DNA of 64,000 nucleotides from an uncultured Ignavibacteriales bacterium (GTDB lineage Bacteria > Bacteroidota > Ignavibacteria > UBA10030 > SZUA-254): positions 385,002 to 449,001 of the forward strand of contig CAVQPS010000010.1 of NCBI GenBank assembly GCA_963714795.1, read 5' to 3'. Made by a program: the position numbers and the translations under genes. This document shows positions 10,097-20,890 of this stretch, in pieces. The stretch's first letter is position 1. Each line of letters starts with the position of its first letter. The notes under the pieces are model-generated. The model was given only the letters and a program-made list of their open reading frames with translations. It had not been told where the DNA came from and did no database searches.

Positions 10097-10288
10097 GAAA
10101 CCCTCCAGCGGTTAAGTGACTTCAAACCTAACTATTACCTAACGGCAAGAACAGGGAAAACGAGATGTGATTCTACCCAATAGTTCAAAGGTACTGAACG
10201 GGAAACTGAAATGCAATTCCGTGACAAAAACCAGGGAAAACATATTGAATGGTGAAAAACGAAGGGGGTGTATATTGAAGAACTATGT

Positions 10289-11194
10289 CTACCCGAGTCT
10301 TTGCCGTTTATGCAAATACTCGAACAATGCAACATCGAACGGCGTTGCCGTATCGAGCAAGACATAATCGATATTGTGCTCGCGGCATTCTTTTTTAAGG
10401 GAATTAATGAAATGCTTCATTTCTTCCTGGTAGGCTTTCTGGATATGCCACGGCTGGGTCGTTAATTCTTCGGCGGTTTCCAGATCTTTGAAGACGGCAT
10501 CGCTGCCGAATGCAAAACTTCTCTCGAGGGGATCGAGGATCTGTATCACGATCACTTCGTTTTTTTTATGCCGGAAGTGCCGTAAAGCGCTCATCACCTC
10601 TTCCGGCTTATCGAAAAAATCACTTAAAATGATCACCAGTCCCCGTCGCTTAATCCGCTCGGCTATATTATGCAACGAGTTTGCCGTTCCGGTTTTATTG
10701 CCGGGCTTGAGTAATTCGAGCTGTCGCATGATTTCGCGCAAATATGTTTTTGTTGCATGCGGCGGCATGGAAAACCGGACCGTCTCGTCGTAAATGGTAA
10801 ATCCCACAGCGTCACGCTGCTGAACCATCAATTGTGCAAGCGCAGCACAGATAAACGAGGCATATTCGAGTTTTGTTAAACGATTCTCCGATGCAAACGA
10901 CATCGATTTGCTCGCATCGAGAATAAGATACGATTTGAGGTTGGTCTCTTCTTCAAATTGCTTGATGTAATACCGGTCGGTCTTGCCGTAAATTTTCCAA
11001 TCGATATGCCGGATCTCATCACCGGGCATGTATTGCCGGTGCTCGGCAAATTCAACACTGAAACCGTGATACGGACTTTTATGCAGACCGGTGATAAACC
11101 CTTCCACGACGAGACGTGCTACCAGCTCCATGTTGGAAAGTTTCGCGACAACATCGGGTTGAAGATATTTCCGGTAGTCCTGAACCGTTTCCAT
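10289..11194 (-). CDS. DUF58 domain protein (MoxR/VWA-associated family), with no adjacent MoxR ATPase
   Basis: The DUF58 signature is present as GFSVEFAEHRQYMPGDEIRHIDWKIYGKTDRYYIKQFEEE. It is followed by a VWA-like region with LILDASKSM. Confidence 0.8.
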   Translation of the reverse strand: METVQDYRKYLQPDVVAKLSNMELVARLVVEGFITGLHKSPYHGFSVEFAEHRQYMPGDEIRHIDWKIYGKTDRYYIKQFEEETNLKSYLILDASKSMSFASENRLTKLEYASFICAALAQLMVQQRDAVGFTIYDETVRFSMPPHATKTYLREIMRQLELLKPGNKTGTANSLHNIAERIKRRGLVIILSDFFDKPEEVMSALRHFRHKKNEVIVIQILDPLERSFAFGSDAVFKDLETAEELTTQPWHIQKAYQEEMKHFINSLKKECREHNIDYVLLDTATPFDVALFEYLHKRQRLG

Positions 11195-11201
11195 CAGGGC
11201 T

Positions 11202-11705
11202 TCATTTCTTTGTTTTTTGATCGGAAGAATCCGAGGTACTTACATTTTGCTGCAATGCCTGACCGGGATCTTTCCCCATGTTCTCCAGTTCAAATTTCGC
11301 GGATTGCGCCAGCTCATGATTCGGATATTGCTGCAGAAATGATTGATAAATGGCTTTGGCACTGTCGGTGTTATGAAGTTCGTTATTGAACATAAATCCT
11401 GAAAGGAACAACATCGTCGGCGCTTCTTTGCTATTCGGAAACATCGTATAATACCGCCGGTAGGTATGTAAAGCTTTCTGTTCATCTTTCATGTCGTTCG
11501 AATAAATCGTTGCCAGCTGTGAAAGCGAGCTTTCCGCGTACGCTACCGTGGGAAACCGATCGACAATTTCTTCGAACCGGTCGGAGGCAACAGTAAAATT
11601 TTTCTGCGATTCCGCTTCTTTTCCCTCGCTATACAATTGAGAATCGCTTTTGCGTGAACAGGATGATAATATGATCAAACAGATAAGAAATGAAAAATAT
11701 TTCAT
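11202..11705 (-). CDS. TPR-repeat lipoprotein
   Basis: It has a signal peptide plus lipobox (LSSC). Helical repeats match the TPR pattern (AYAESSLSQLATIYSNDMKDEQKALHTYRRYYTMFPNS...AKAIYQSFLQQYPNHELA). Confidence 0.6.
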   Translation of the reverse strand: MKYFSFLICLIILSSCSRKSDSQLYSEGKEAESQKNFTVASDRFEEIVDRFPTVAYAESSLSQLATIYSNDMKDEQKALHTYRRYYTMFPNSKEAPTMLFLSGFMFNNELHNTDSAKAIYQSFLQQYPNHELAQSAKFELENMGKDPGQALQQNVSTSDSSDQKTKK

Positions 11706-11794
11706 CGGATAATCTTTCTTTTGGTAAATTGTGAAATGGAGCTATCAAACAGTTACAATAAATTTACAAATTGCCGGACGAACAAGCAAAATCA

Positions 11795-13096
11795 TTACGA
11801 TCGTTTCAATGTCGCAACGAAAAATCCATCAGTACCGTGATGATGCGGCGTCAAGAGGGCAAAGGGCGATTCCGTTTCGGTGAATGAATGAATCGGTTGA
11901 GGAATAAGATCCCGATGGCGATCGATAAACGACTGAATAACAGTTTGATTTTCTTCGGCAAATAACGAACATGTCGCGTAGACCAGCGTTCCGCTCTGAT
12001 TAAGAAATCGGGAATCACTTTCCAGGATCTCTAACTGCATTTCGGCATAATGTTGCACGATAGATTCCGCAATCGACCATTTGAACGCCGGATTTCTCCG
12101 GATCGTACCGCTTCCACTGCACGGCGCATCGATTAGTACGAGATCGGCTTTACCGATAAAATTTTCCGGCTGCAATTCTTCCCGCACTACGGTCCGAATA
12201 ATGGAAATCCCCGCACGCTTTGCACGGCGTTCCAATTCCGCCAGACGTTTTCCATCGACGTCGACGGCAATAATTTCACCCTCGTTCTTCATGAGATCGG
12301 CAAGATGCAATGCTTTACCGCCGGCTCCCGCACAACTGTCGATGACGATGTTTCCCGGAAGAGGATTCGCAAGAAGGGAAACAATCTGACTTCCTTCTTC
12401 CTGCATTTCAAACCATCCATCTCTGAACGAAGATAACGATTGGCTGTTGAATCGTTTCTCCGCAATCAAACCGACCGGCGAGAGCTTGGCCGGTTCCGTA
12501 TTGATTCCTTCTTGCTGCAATCTCGCCCGACATTCTTCCCTGCTTGCTTTCATTGTATTCACACGCAGGGTGATCGGGGCCGGTTTGTTGAGTGCCTGGA
12601 GCAACGATTCGGTTTCCTGACCAAAACATTCACTCCATTCCGCGATCATCCAGTCCTGATAAGAATATTTGACGCCGAACCGCACCTCTTCCGTTTCCGT
12701 TTGAAGAAAATCTAAATTCGTGTGTTGATGAAGCCAGTCAAGATATATTGTGAGGTCATGGTTCGGGAACGAAGTTTTCCATAACGTCGGCGGAATGGTT
12801 ATCGCTTGTCCGTCAATGGCGGAATAGGCAGTAAGAACGGGAAGGTAACGCGCGTGCGGAGCGTTCAGGTCGGCACAGGCGGGATGCTCAATAAGAAATT
12901 GTTCAAGAAGCGTTTCTGCGAACCTGCGATGGCGAATAACGCCGAAGACTGTTCCTGCAATACAACGGCGGTCATGCGAACCCAAATATGTTCGGGCACG
13001 AAAGAATTCCGCTGTGAGTCGATCTGCAGGTTGCGTACTCTGATCGACCGTCTCCAGAAGTTCGAGGATATGACCGACCAAGGAAGAAGGGTTCAT
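11795..13096 (-). CDS. rsmB: 16S rRNA (cytosine-C5)-methyltransferase, RsmB/Sun (NOL1/NOP2) family
   Basis: The SAM motif is DSCAGAGGKALHLADL. The catalytic segments are DAPCSGSGTIRRNP and TLVYATCSL. The N-terminal region is NusB-like. Confidence 0.75.
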   Translation of the reverse strand: MNPSSLVGHILELLETVDQSTQPADRLTAEFFRARTYLGSHDRRCIAGTVFGVIRHRRFAETLLEQFLIEHPACADLNAPHARYLPVLTAYSAIDGQAITIPPTLWKTSFPNHDLTIYLDWLHQHTNLDFLQTETEEVRFGVKYSYQDWMIAEWSECFGQETESLLQALNKPAPITLRVNTMKASREECRARLQQEGINTEPAKLSPVGLIAEKRFNSQSLSSFRDGWFEMQEEGSQIVSLLANPLPGNIVIDSCAGAGGKALHLADLMKNEGEIIAVDVDGKRLAELERRAKRAGISIIRTVVREELQPENFIGKADLVLIDAPCSGSGTIRRNPAFKWSIAESIVQHYAEMQLEILESDSRFLNQSGTLVYATCSLFAEENQTVIQSFIDRHRDLIPQPIHSFTETESPFALLTPHHHGTDGFFVATLKRS

Positions 13097-14043
13097 ACTA
13101 ACACAACGGGCTCACGCATGTCGCTGTTCATAAATGCCCTTGCCATTTTCGGGGTATTATGAGCAATACCGAACTGTCCTTTGTTGTTCATGACGATAAC
13201 GCCGCCGTATCCCTCTGCCTTTTTTTGTAAAACCACGATCCCTTTTTCCGCTGCATCCTGGGAGTTGAAACCGTTTTGTTCCATCTGATCGATAATGGTT
13301 TTTGCAAGAACGACTTTAATAATAGCTTCTCCCCATCCTGTGACAGAAACTCCGCCTACTGAATTATCGGCGTACGTACCGGCTCCGATGATCGGCGAGT
13401 CCCCGACACGTCCCGGATATTTGTTTAATGTCCCGCCGGTCGATGTTCCGACACAGATATTTCCTTCGCTATCGAGCGAAACGGCACCGACGGTATCACT
13501 CGACTGACTCCATTTGCGGAATGCATCCTTCGAATTGAAATCCTCGCGGTGTTTGAGCATTTCCCAACGCTTCTGTTCCCGCGGAATAACCAGATCTTCA
13601 GGCCGGCACGCGGCAATATTATATTGCATCGCAAACCGTTCGGCACCTTCCCCGACGAGCATAACATGTTCGCTTTCTTCCAGCACTTTTCTTGCCAATG
13701 AGATCGGATTCCGGACGGTCCGGACTCCTGCAACTGCGCCGCAGCGGAACGTCTTGCCGTCCATCATACTCGCATCAAGCTCGACCTGACCGATCGCATT
13801 CAGATGGGCACCGCTCCCGGCATCAAACGTTTCGTCATCTTCGAGACTGCGGATGACCTTTTCAACGACATCAAGTGAACAAGCCCCCTGCTGCAACATT
13901 TTCCAGCCGATATTCAGCGCTGTTGAGCACCCGGATCGGTGGGCGGCGATTTCGCTTTCGGGAATATCCCACGCACCGCCGTGTACAATCAATGAAATCA
14001 TGAACAGAATAAGTGATAATGATAGTTTAAACCTAATTATCAT
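13093..14043 (-). CDS. Isoaspartyl peptidase / L-asparaginase (Ntn-hydrolase, plant-type asparaginase family), with a signal peptide
   Basis: The HGGAW motif is present. The autoproteolytic and nucleophile region is DTVGAVSLD (Thr). GAGTYADN and the glycine-rich loops are typical of IaaA. It has an N-terminal hydrophobic signal. Confidence 0.8.
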   Translation of the reverse strand: MIIRFKLSLSLILFMISLIVHGGAWDIPESEIAAHRSGCSTALNIGWKMLQQGACSLDVVEKVIRSLEDDETFDAGSGAHLNAIGQVELDASMMDGKTFRCGAVAGVRTVRNPISLARKVLEESEHVMLVGEGAERFAMQYNIAACRPEDLVIPREQKRWEMLKHREDFNSKDAFRKWSQSSDTVGAVSLDSEGNICVGTSTGGTLNKYPGRVGDSPIIGAGTYADNSVGGVSVTGWGEAIIKVVLAKTIIDQMEQNGFNSQDAAEKGIVVLQKKAEGYGGVIVMNNKGQFGIAHNTPKMARAFMNSDMREPVVLV

Positions 14044-14263
14044 AACATACTAAAAAACGACAAGAGAATCAATGAAGGAATAAACGCGGTACTGGCTCAA
14101 TTTGAACTGCGTTGAGATTGCTTCGGCACTACGTGCCTCGCAAAGACGACTTTTTTGCTTGAAATATTTCAAACTGACCCACTATCAAAAACGGAAGGTG
14201 AAATAACAATAAAAATCCCGACCACCGCCAACAGGCAGCAGCCGGGATTATTGTTAGGTTCTA

Positions 14264-15403
14264 TTATTGAAGGACATTAATGTTTTTCTTCGCACACATA
14301 TCTCTCAGAACCTTGGGCCACACGGTCACACTCACTTCACCGAGATGTGCCTTCTGCAAAAGCAACATGCAGGTTCTGGCTTGCCCGATGCCGCCGCCGA
14401 CGCTGAGCGGAATTTCATCGTTCAAGATTGCCTTGTGATACGGGAGCTTCATAAAGTCCAACTGTTTCGACATCTCAAGCTGCATCTTCAACGTTTCTTT
14501 TGTAACGCGGATGCCCATCGACGTCAATTCGTGACGACGTTTGGTAACAGGATTCCACACGAGAATATCGCCGTTGAGTCCATGCATGAGCTTGCCGTTT
14601 TTCTTGATTGTCGGGGTTACCCAATCATCATAATCCGCCGCTCGCATTTCGTGCGGGTAGCCGTCTTCCAATGGCCAGCCGATACCAAGAATAAATACCG
14701 CCGGATATTTTTGAAGAATGGCGGTCTCGCGGGCTTTGCGCGGCAGGTCCGGATACATGTCGAGAATTTCTTCGGCATGCAGGAACATTAACTCATCCGG
14801 CAACGGAGGATTTTTCGTTTTATTCAATTTCGGAAATTCGGAACGGACAAACGTGTCTGCGCCTTTAATGACTTTCCAGATTTTCCGGATAACATCTTTC
14901 AGGAAATCGAGATTGCGTTGATCTGCCGTCATGACTCGTTCCCAATCCCACTGATCGACGTACGCGCTGTGATCGTGATCGAGAAAATAATCTTTACGCA
15001 CGGCACGCATATCGGTGATGAGTCCTTCGCCGGCCTTCATACCGAACTGCTTCAGGGCAACGCGTTTCCATTTTGTCGCCGCCTGAACCACCTGCGCATC
15101 GATCGGATGTTTATTGTAATCGTTTGTGATATGAAACTGCACCGGCGTACGCGAACCGTCGCGATCGAGCATATCGTTCACACCGCTTTCCACATCGACA
15201 ATCAGAGGAACTTCGACGCGGATGAGGTTCAATTCCTTGCACATATGATCTTCGATATATCTCTTGACCGCCGTGAGAGCAACCTGCGTTTCTTTCGGGT
15301 TCAAACATGACGTGTAATCATTGGGAAGAACTTTTTCCAGATCTTCATAATTACCGATACCGGGTCCTGCGAGATCAGCTTTTTTCGTAGACATTACGGT
15401 CAT
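14264..15403 (-). CDS. asnA: Aspartate--ammonia ligase (asparagine synthetase A)
   Basis: AsnA is matched closely along its length. The matching segments include SAYVDQWDWERVM, DMYPDL, VFILGIGWPLEDG..HEMRAADYDDW, HGLNGDILVWNP, ELTSMGIRV and GGGIGQARTCMLLLQ. Confidence 0.85.
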   Translation of the reverse strand: MTVMSTKKADLAGPGIGNYEDLEKVLPNDYTSCLNPKETQVALTAVKRYIEDHMCKELNLIRVEVPLIVDVESGVNDMLDRDGSRTPVQFHITNDYNKHPIDAQVVQAATKWKRVALKQFGMKAGEGLITDMRAVRKDYFLDHDHSAYVDQWDWERVMTADQRNLDFLKDVIRKIWKVIKGADTFVRSEFPKLNKTKNPPLPDELMFLHAEEILDMYPDLPRKARETAILQKYPAVFILGIGWPLEDGYPHEMRAADYDDWVTPTIKKNGKLMHGLNGDILVWNPVTKRRHELTSMGIRVTKETLKMQLEMSKQLDFMKLPYHKAILNDEIPLSVGGGIGQARTCMLLLQKAHLGEVSVTVWPKVLRDMCAKKNINVLQ

Positions 15404-15596
15404 CTCCTTTCAGTGATGTTCATGAGGTCTATCTCAAAAAATTGTTACGAATAGGTTGAAGTTAATTCGGGTAAGAACGCTGAAAACAGGCGGTGAACAT
15501 TGTTCACCGGAAGCTCTTGTGATGAAGAAATGTACAGTAAAGTACAAAATTATGGAGTCATAGTCAATTGGTCTGGTAGAAACGGATTTTTATATA

Positions 15597-15630
15597 ACAA
15601 AAAGGCACCGGAGAAATCCGATGCCTTTTA
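15597..15630 (-). terminator. Rho-independent terminator after clpB
   Basis: A hairpin aaaaggcaccgga-gaaa-tccgatgcctttt with one mismatch lies immediately 3' of the clpB stop and is followed by a T-tract on the minus strand. Confidence 0.5.
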
Positions 15631-15651
15631 CAATTCGAATTACACGAATTT

Positions 15652-18291
15652 TCAAACCACCGGTTGTGGTTGAGTTTTCTTGACAAACTCAATCAAACCG
15701 CGGTTATTCAATTCGACGACAACCGTATCGCCTTCGGTGAATTCTCCGGCAAGCAGTCGTTCGGATAATTTGTTGACGATATATTTTTGGATGACCCGCT
15801 TCAACGGTCGGGCACCAAGAGTCGGATCGTAGCCCAACTTGGCAACCCAATCTTTCGCCTCTTCCGTTATCTCCAGCGTCATTCGTTTCCCTTCCAGCAT
15901 ATGCTTGACGCGGTTCAACTGAAGATCGACCACCTTGCGAAGCTCTTCCCGGTTGAGCAGTTTGAACAGAATGATCTCATCTATTCTATTGAGAAATTCC
16001 GGTCGAACCGATTGCCGGAGCATTTCAAACAATGCAACACGCAACTCTCCGTACACTTTTTCCAATTCACCGTTACTGCCGACTTCCGCGCCAAGCCGAT
16101 CCTGGATAAGCTGCGAGCCGAGATTCGACGTCATGATGATGATCGTATTCTTGAAATTTACGGTCCTCCCTTTATTATCGGTCAACCTGCCGTCATCGAG
16201 CAGTTGCAGCAATAAATTGAAAACTTCCGGATGCGCTTTTTCAATTTCATCGAGTAGCACAACCGAATACGGTTTCCGCCGAACGGCTTCCGTCAGTTGC
16301 CCGCCTTCTTCGTAACCGACATATCCCGGCGGCGCACCGATCAGGCGCGAGACGGAAAATTTTTCCATATACTCGCTCATGTCGATACGGATCAACGCGT
16401 TTTCGTCATTAAATAAATATTCCGCAAGCGCGCGCGCCAGCTCGGTTTTGCCGACGCCGGTCGTTCCGAGGAAAATAAATGAGCCGATCGGGCGCTTTTC
16501 ATCCTGTAACCCCGCACGGCTCCGCCGGATGGCATCACTGATTGCATGAACCGCTTCTTCCTGATCGACAATCCGTTCATGCAAACGGTCTTCGAGGTGG
16601 AGAAGTTTCGAACGCTCGCTTTCCAGCATGCGGCTCACCGGAATGCCTGTCCAACGTCCGACAATTTCCGCGATATCCTCAGCATCGACTTCTTCCTTCA
16701 GCATTTTTTTATCTTTTTGAACGGCGGCAAGCTGCGCACCGGCTGCTTTCAACTGTTTCTCCAGCGACGTAATAACTCCATACCGGAGCTCTGCCACTTT
16801 TGCAAGATTTCCGTCCCGCTCGTTACGGTCTGCTTCTGCTTTAACGTTTTCAATTTCTTCTTTCATCCGGCGCATCGACTTGATAAAATCTTTTTCATTC
16901 AGCCAGTGAGCCCGTAGGCCGCTACGCTGCTGGTTTAATTCGGCAAGCTCACGCTGAATCTGGTCGGCACGAGCGGTCGTATCTTCTCCCTTTTCACGAA
17001 GAACAGCTTCACGCTCAATTTCAAGCTGTTTGATCCGTCGTTCCACCTCATCCAATTCTTCCGGCATCGAATCGATCTCGATGCGTAATTTTGATGCGGC
17101 TTCATCGACAAGATCGATTGCTTTGTCAGGCAAAAACCGATCGCTGATGTAGCGATAACTCAATTGTGCGGCCGCCACGATCGCGCCGTCGGTAATGCGC
17201 ACGCCGTGATGCACTTCGTACCGTTCTTTCAAGCCGCGTAAAATGGAAACGGTCTCCTCCACACTCGGCTCGTCAACCAGTACCGGCTGGAATCGCCGTT
17301 CGAGCGCGGGATCTTTCTCGATATATTTCCGGTATTCATCGATTGTCGTCGCACCGATAGCACGCAGTTCGCCTTTTGCAAGCGCCGGCTTGAGCATGTT
17401 GGCGGCATCGACAGCACCCTGCGCCGCACCCGCGCCGATGAGCGTATGCAATTCATCGATGAAAAGAATAATTTCCCCTTCCGACTCCGTAACTTCTTTG
17501 AGAAGCGCTTTCAACCGCTCTTCGAATTGCCCACGAAAACTGGTACCGGCAACCAATGCGCCCATATCGAGAGCAATGATACGTTTCGATTTCAGATTTT
17601 CCGGGACATCACCCTGGATAATGCGATGCGCAAGTCCTTCGGCTATTGCCGTTTTCCCGACCCCCGGTTCGCCGATCAGTACCGGATTATTTTTCGTTCT
17701 CCGCGAAAGAACCTGCAAGACGCGGCGGATTTCTTCATCACGACCGATCACCGGGTCGAGTTTTCCCTTGCGCGCGAGTTCGTTCAAATCGCGGCCGAAA
17801 CGCTCTAACGATTGATATTTTTCTTCCGGCGTTTGATCCGTTACCCGCTGGGTTCCACGGACATCTTTCAATGCTTTATAAATTTCTTCTTTCGTTACGC
17901 CCTGATCGTTCAATAATTGTGTTGCGGGAGATTTGACGGACAATATGCCCAGCAATAAATGTTCCGTGCTCACATAATCATCATGCAATAAAGTCGTTTC
18001 TTTCAAGGAAGCTTCAAAAAGCTGGTTGATTGCCTGACTCAAAAATTGATTTCCGACACTCGCACCGGTGACTTTCGGCAGCTTTTCGATTGCTTCATTG
18101 ATTTTAATTTTTATGTAGCCGACATTCGCCCCGACTTTTTGCAGAATAGGAAGGACAACTCCCTGACTATCCTGCACCAGTGCAGCAAGCAAATGTTCCG
18201 GCTCAATCGATTGATTGTTGTAGCTCGCAGCAATTTCCTGTGCGTTCTGCACCGCTTCCTGCGATTTAATTGTAAATTTATTGAAGTTCAT
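15652..18291 (-). CDS. clpB: ATP-dependent chaperone ClpB (Hsp100 disaggregase)
   Basis: It has a Clp_N domain. There are two AAA+ modules with Walker A motifs GEPGVGKT and GTTGVGKT, a long middle coiled-coil and a C-terminal D2-small domain. Length is 879 aa. Confidence 0.95.
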   Translation of the reverse strand: MNFNKFTIKSQEAVQNAQEIAASYNNQSIEPEHLLAALVQDSQGVVLPILQKVGANVGYIKIKINEAIEKLPKVTGASVGNQFLSQAINQLFEASLKETTLLHDDYVSTEHLLLGILSVKSPATQLLNDQGVTKEEIYKALKDVRGTQRVTDQTPEEKYQSLERFGRDLNELARKGKLDPVIGRDEEIRRVLQVLSRRTKNNPVLIGEPGVGKTAIAEGLAHRIIQGDVPENLKSKRIIALDMGALVAGTSFRGQFEERLKALLKEVTESEGEIILFIDELHTLIGAGAAQGAVDAANMLKPALAKGELRAIGATTIDEYRKYIEKDPALERRFQPVLVDEPSVEETVSILRGLKERYEVHHGVRITDGAIVAAAQLSYRYISDRFLPDKAIDLVDEAASKLRIEIDSMPEELDEVERRIKQLEIEREAVLREKGEDTTARADQIQRELAELNQQRSGLRAHWLNEKDFIKSMRRMKEEIENVKAEADRNERDGNLAKVAELRYGVITSLEKQLKAAGAQLAAVQKDKKMLKEEVDAEDIAEIVGRWTGIPVSRMLESERSKLLHLEDRLHERIVDQEEAVHAISDAIRRSRAGLQDEKRPIGSFIFLGTTGVGKTELARALAEYLFNDENALIRIDMSEYMEKFSVSRLIGAPPGYVGYEEGGQLTEAVRRKPYSVVLLDEIEKAHPEVFNLLLQLLDDGRLTDNKGRTVNFKNTIIIMTSNLGSQLIQDRLGAEVGSNGELEKVYGELRVALFEMLRQSVRPEFLNRIDEIILFKLLNREELRKVVDLQLNRVKHMLEGKRMTLEITEEAKDWVAKLGYDPTLGARPLKRVIQKYIVNKLSERLLAGEFTEGDTVVVELNNRGLIEFVKKTQPQPVV

Positions 18292-18568
18292 AGTTGTCTC
18301 GTTTCTGTTCCTGATCGTTCAGGGAAAGAACCCCATTAGGTTTTTTATTTTTCCCTGATTCCTGTTCTTCCATCTTCTTTCCGGCTTTTTCTTCTACGAC
18401 GACTTCGACTGCTTCCTGTTTGTCTCTTGGTTGAAAATCATGAAATGCGGTCAGAGTTGCAATTCCGGATCGCCGATTGGAGAATTTTCCGGAAGCGATG
18501 GCAAACACCAAGCTCACTGCCAATAATATCAAAACACACCAAACAATAAAGTCAGTCATAAAATTCAA
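18278..18568 (-). CDS. Hypothetical small membrane protein (one N-terminal TM helix plus a charged Lys/Glu-rich tail)
   Basis: It is the only ORF in the 370-bp dnaK-clpB spacer. It overlaps the clpB start by 14 nt. I recognised no homology, so coding status is uncertain. Confidence 0.3.
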   Translation of the reverse strand: MNFMTDFIVWCVLILLAVSLVFAIASGKFSNRRSGIATLTAFHDFQPRDKQEAVEVVVEEKAGKKMEEQESGKNKKPNGVLSLNDQEQKRDNYELQ

Positions 18569-18664
18569 CCCTAAAACATCAAAGCCGCTTCAGTATTGTA
18601 TGACCAACACATCGGCGGCTTTGGATATTCTCATCGCCGACTCGCGCGTTCGGCATCGATATGA

Positions 18665-20617
18665 TTATTTCTTATCTTTGTCGTCCACGACTTCGAAGGA
18701 AGCATCCTCAACGGCCTTACCGTCTGATTTCTTTTGCTCACTACCGGAAGACCCTTGCGCACCGCCCGGAGGAGGTTGCTGACCACCCTGAGCGCCCGGC
18801 TGTCCGGCAGCGGTAGCCGCCTGGTACATCGCACCGGAAGCTTCGTTCCATGCTGTGTTCAATGTCTCCATCTTCGCTTTGATGTCCCCTATGTTGCTGG
18901 ATTTAATTGCAGCATCGAGTCCATCGGCAGCCGATTCGACTTTCGATTTCATTTCGGACGGCATCTTGTCGCCGAATTCCTTCATCTGCTTGCGCGTCTG
19001 GAAGACAAGGTTGTCGGCTTGATTTTTTGTATCGACTTCCTCACGCCGTTTTTTATCATCTGCCGTATGCGCGGCAGCATCCTGTTTCATCTTATCGACT
19101 TCTTCCTTGCTTAAGCCGCTTGACGATGTGATGCGGATGCTCTGTTCTTTGCTCGTCGCTTTATCCTTCGCCATCACATGCAGTAAACCGTTCGCATCGA
19201 TATCGAATATTACCTCAACCTGCGGGACACCTCGCGGCGCCGGCGGAATTCCGTCGAGATGAAATCGTCCCAGCGTCCGGTTATCGGTTGCCATCGGGCG
19301 TTCGCCCTGCAAGATGTGAATTTCAACGGACGGCTGACTATCCGATGCCGTTGAAAAGATCTCGCTCTTCTTCGTGGGGATCGTCGTGTTGGCAGTAATC
19401 ATCGGTGTCATCACACCGCCAAGTGTTTCGATGCCGAGCGTTAACGGTGTCACGTCGAGCAACAGGACATCGGAAACATCACCGGAAAGCACGCCGCCCT
19501 GAATTGCCGCACCGACTGCGACAACTTCATCCGGGTTCACGCCTTTGTGTCCTTCTCTGCCGAAAATATCTTTTACCAATTGCTGCACGCGTGGTACACG
19601 CGTCATACCGCCGACAAGAATGACCTCATCGATCTGATTCGTGCTCAGTCCGGAATCGCGAATCGCCTTTTCGACCGGCGGAACACACTTTTGAACGAGA
19701 TGTTCTACCAGTTGTTCGAATTTTGCACGCGTGATGGTCAGGTTCAAATGTTTCGGACCATCGGCTGTGGCGGTAATGAACGGAAGGTTCACTTCCGTCT
19801 GCAATAATTGCGAAAGCTCCATCTTTGCTTTCTCTGCAGCTTCACGCATACGCTGCAACGCCATCGGGTCTTTGCGCAGATCGACGCCTTCCTGTCTCTT
19901 GAATTCGTCAGCGATATAGTCGAGTAAACATTGATCAAAATTATCGCCGCCGAGATGTGTATCGCCGTTCGTCGATTTCACTTCGAACACGCCGTCGCCA
20001 AGTTCGAGAATGGAAATATCGAACGTGCCGCCGCCGAGATCGAATACGGCAACTTTCGAATCTTTATGTTTCTTATCAAGTCCGTAGGCAAGAGCCGCGG
20101 CCGTCGGCTCGTTGATAATGCGCCGAACGTTCAAGCCGGCAATTTCGCCTGCTTCTTTCGTTGCCTGCCGTTGTGCATCGTTAAAATACGCAGGAACGGT
20201 AATCACCGCCTCGGTGATTTTCGTGCCGAGATAATCTTCTGCAGTCTGTTTCATCTTTTGTAAAATCATCGCGCTGATTTCCGGCGGCGAATACATCCTG
20301 TCGCCGATCTGCACGCGGGCAGTATTGTTCTCGCCCTGCACGACTTTATACGGAACGAGTTTCATTTCTTCACTCACTTCATTATAAAATCGTCCCATGA
20401 AACGCTTGATCGAGAAGATCGTGTTTTGCGAATTCGTGATTGCCTGCCGCTTCGCCGCTTGCCCGACCAGACGTTCACCGCTTTTCGCAAATCCGACGAT
20501 TGAGGGAGTGGTTCGCGCTCCTTCCGAGTTTGCGATCACAACAGGATCGGTCCCTTCCATCACAGCAACAACAGAGTTCGTCGTTCCCAAATCGATTCCA
20601 ATTATTTTTCCAGCCAT
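18665..20617 (-). CDS. dnaK: Molecular chaperone DnaK (Hsp70)
   Basis: The N-terminus is [19 protein letters not shown]. The motifs DLGGGTFD and [11 protein letters not shown] are present and the C-terminus ends in EVVDDKDKK. Start is assigned to the ATG at 20617, which lies 9 nt after an AAGGAG Shine-Dalgarno site. The ORF could extend to 20656. Confidence 0.95.
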   Translation of the reverse strand: MAGKIIGIDLGTTNSVVAVMEGTDPVVIANSEGARTTPSIVGFAKSGERLVGQAAKRQAITNSQNTIFSIKRFMGRFYNEVSEEMKLVPYKVVQGENNTARVQIGDRMYSPPEISAMILQKMKQTAEDYLGTKITEAVITVPAYFNDAQRQATKEAGEIAGLNVRRIINEPTAAALAYGLDKKHKDSKVAVFDLGGGTFDISILELGDGVFEVKSTNGDTHLGGDNFDQCLLDYIADEFKRQEGVDLRKDPMALQRMREAAEKAKMELSQLLQTEVNLPFITATADGPKHLNLTITRAKFEQLVEHLVQKCVPPVEKAIRDSGLSTNQIDEVILVGGMTRVPRVQQLVKDIFGREGHKGVNPDEVVAVGAAIQGGVLSGDVSDVLLLDVTPLTLGIETLGGVMTPMITANTTIPTKKSEIFSTASDSQPSVEIHILQGERPMATDNRTLGRFHLDGIPPAPRGVPQVEVIFDIDANGLLHVMAKDKATSKEQSIRITSSSGLSKEEVDKMKQDAAAHTADDKKRREEVDTKNQADNLVFQTRKQMKEFGDKMPSEMKSKVESAADGLDAAIKSSNIGDIKAKMETLNTAWNEASGAMYQAATAAGQPGAQGGQQPPPGGAQGSSGSEQKKSDGKAVEDASFEVVDDKDKK

Positions 20618-20890
20618 TGTCATTTTCTCCTTTTGCAATAATATAGTGTCCGGCAAATACTTTTACCGGATCAATACTTTATTTTAGAACTATAACCTAC
20701 AATGCCCATGCCAACGATTTTTTAAAAAAGATTTCGATTTTAATGCATTTTGAATGATTCTTAAAAATCTGCCTGATGAGGATTGCTGTCAGCATGTCAG
20801 AAACGACCAAAAATACTGACATTAAGCCGATTTTCTTGACAGAAGTCGTGCCTTGACTTTGGGTAGGTTTTTCGCTACCATCAGAGCGTT

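Noticed and set aside
9806-10183. 125-aa ORF on the plus strand, overlapping the 5' end of the lipoprotein gene and its promoter region
   Set aside because: It overlaps the supported lipoprotein CDS. Its Arg/Thr-rich composition is typical of antisense translation.
14200-14262. Hairpin (aatcccg ... cgggatt) 3' of asnA as a possible terminator
   Set aside because: It is a 7-bp stem with a 22-nt loop and a weak T-run. The evidence is insufficient.
14267-14791. 174-aa ORF antisense to asnA (also 14918..15310)
   Set aside because: It is fully contained within asnA on the opposite strand, which is strongly supported by homology. It has no start context or homology.
18600-18664. Candidate terminator hairpins just 3' of dnaK
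   Set aside because: The stems are short (5-8 bp), the loops are long, and there is no clear T-tract. They are not convincing as intrinsic terminators.
20695-20715. Sigma54-like -24/-12 element (TGGCAT-N5-TTGT on the minus strand), ~80 nt upstream of dnaK
   Set aside because: The -12 element has GT instead of the near-invariant GC. dnaK is not normally RpoN-dependent. A single weak match is consistent with chance.
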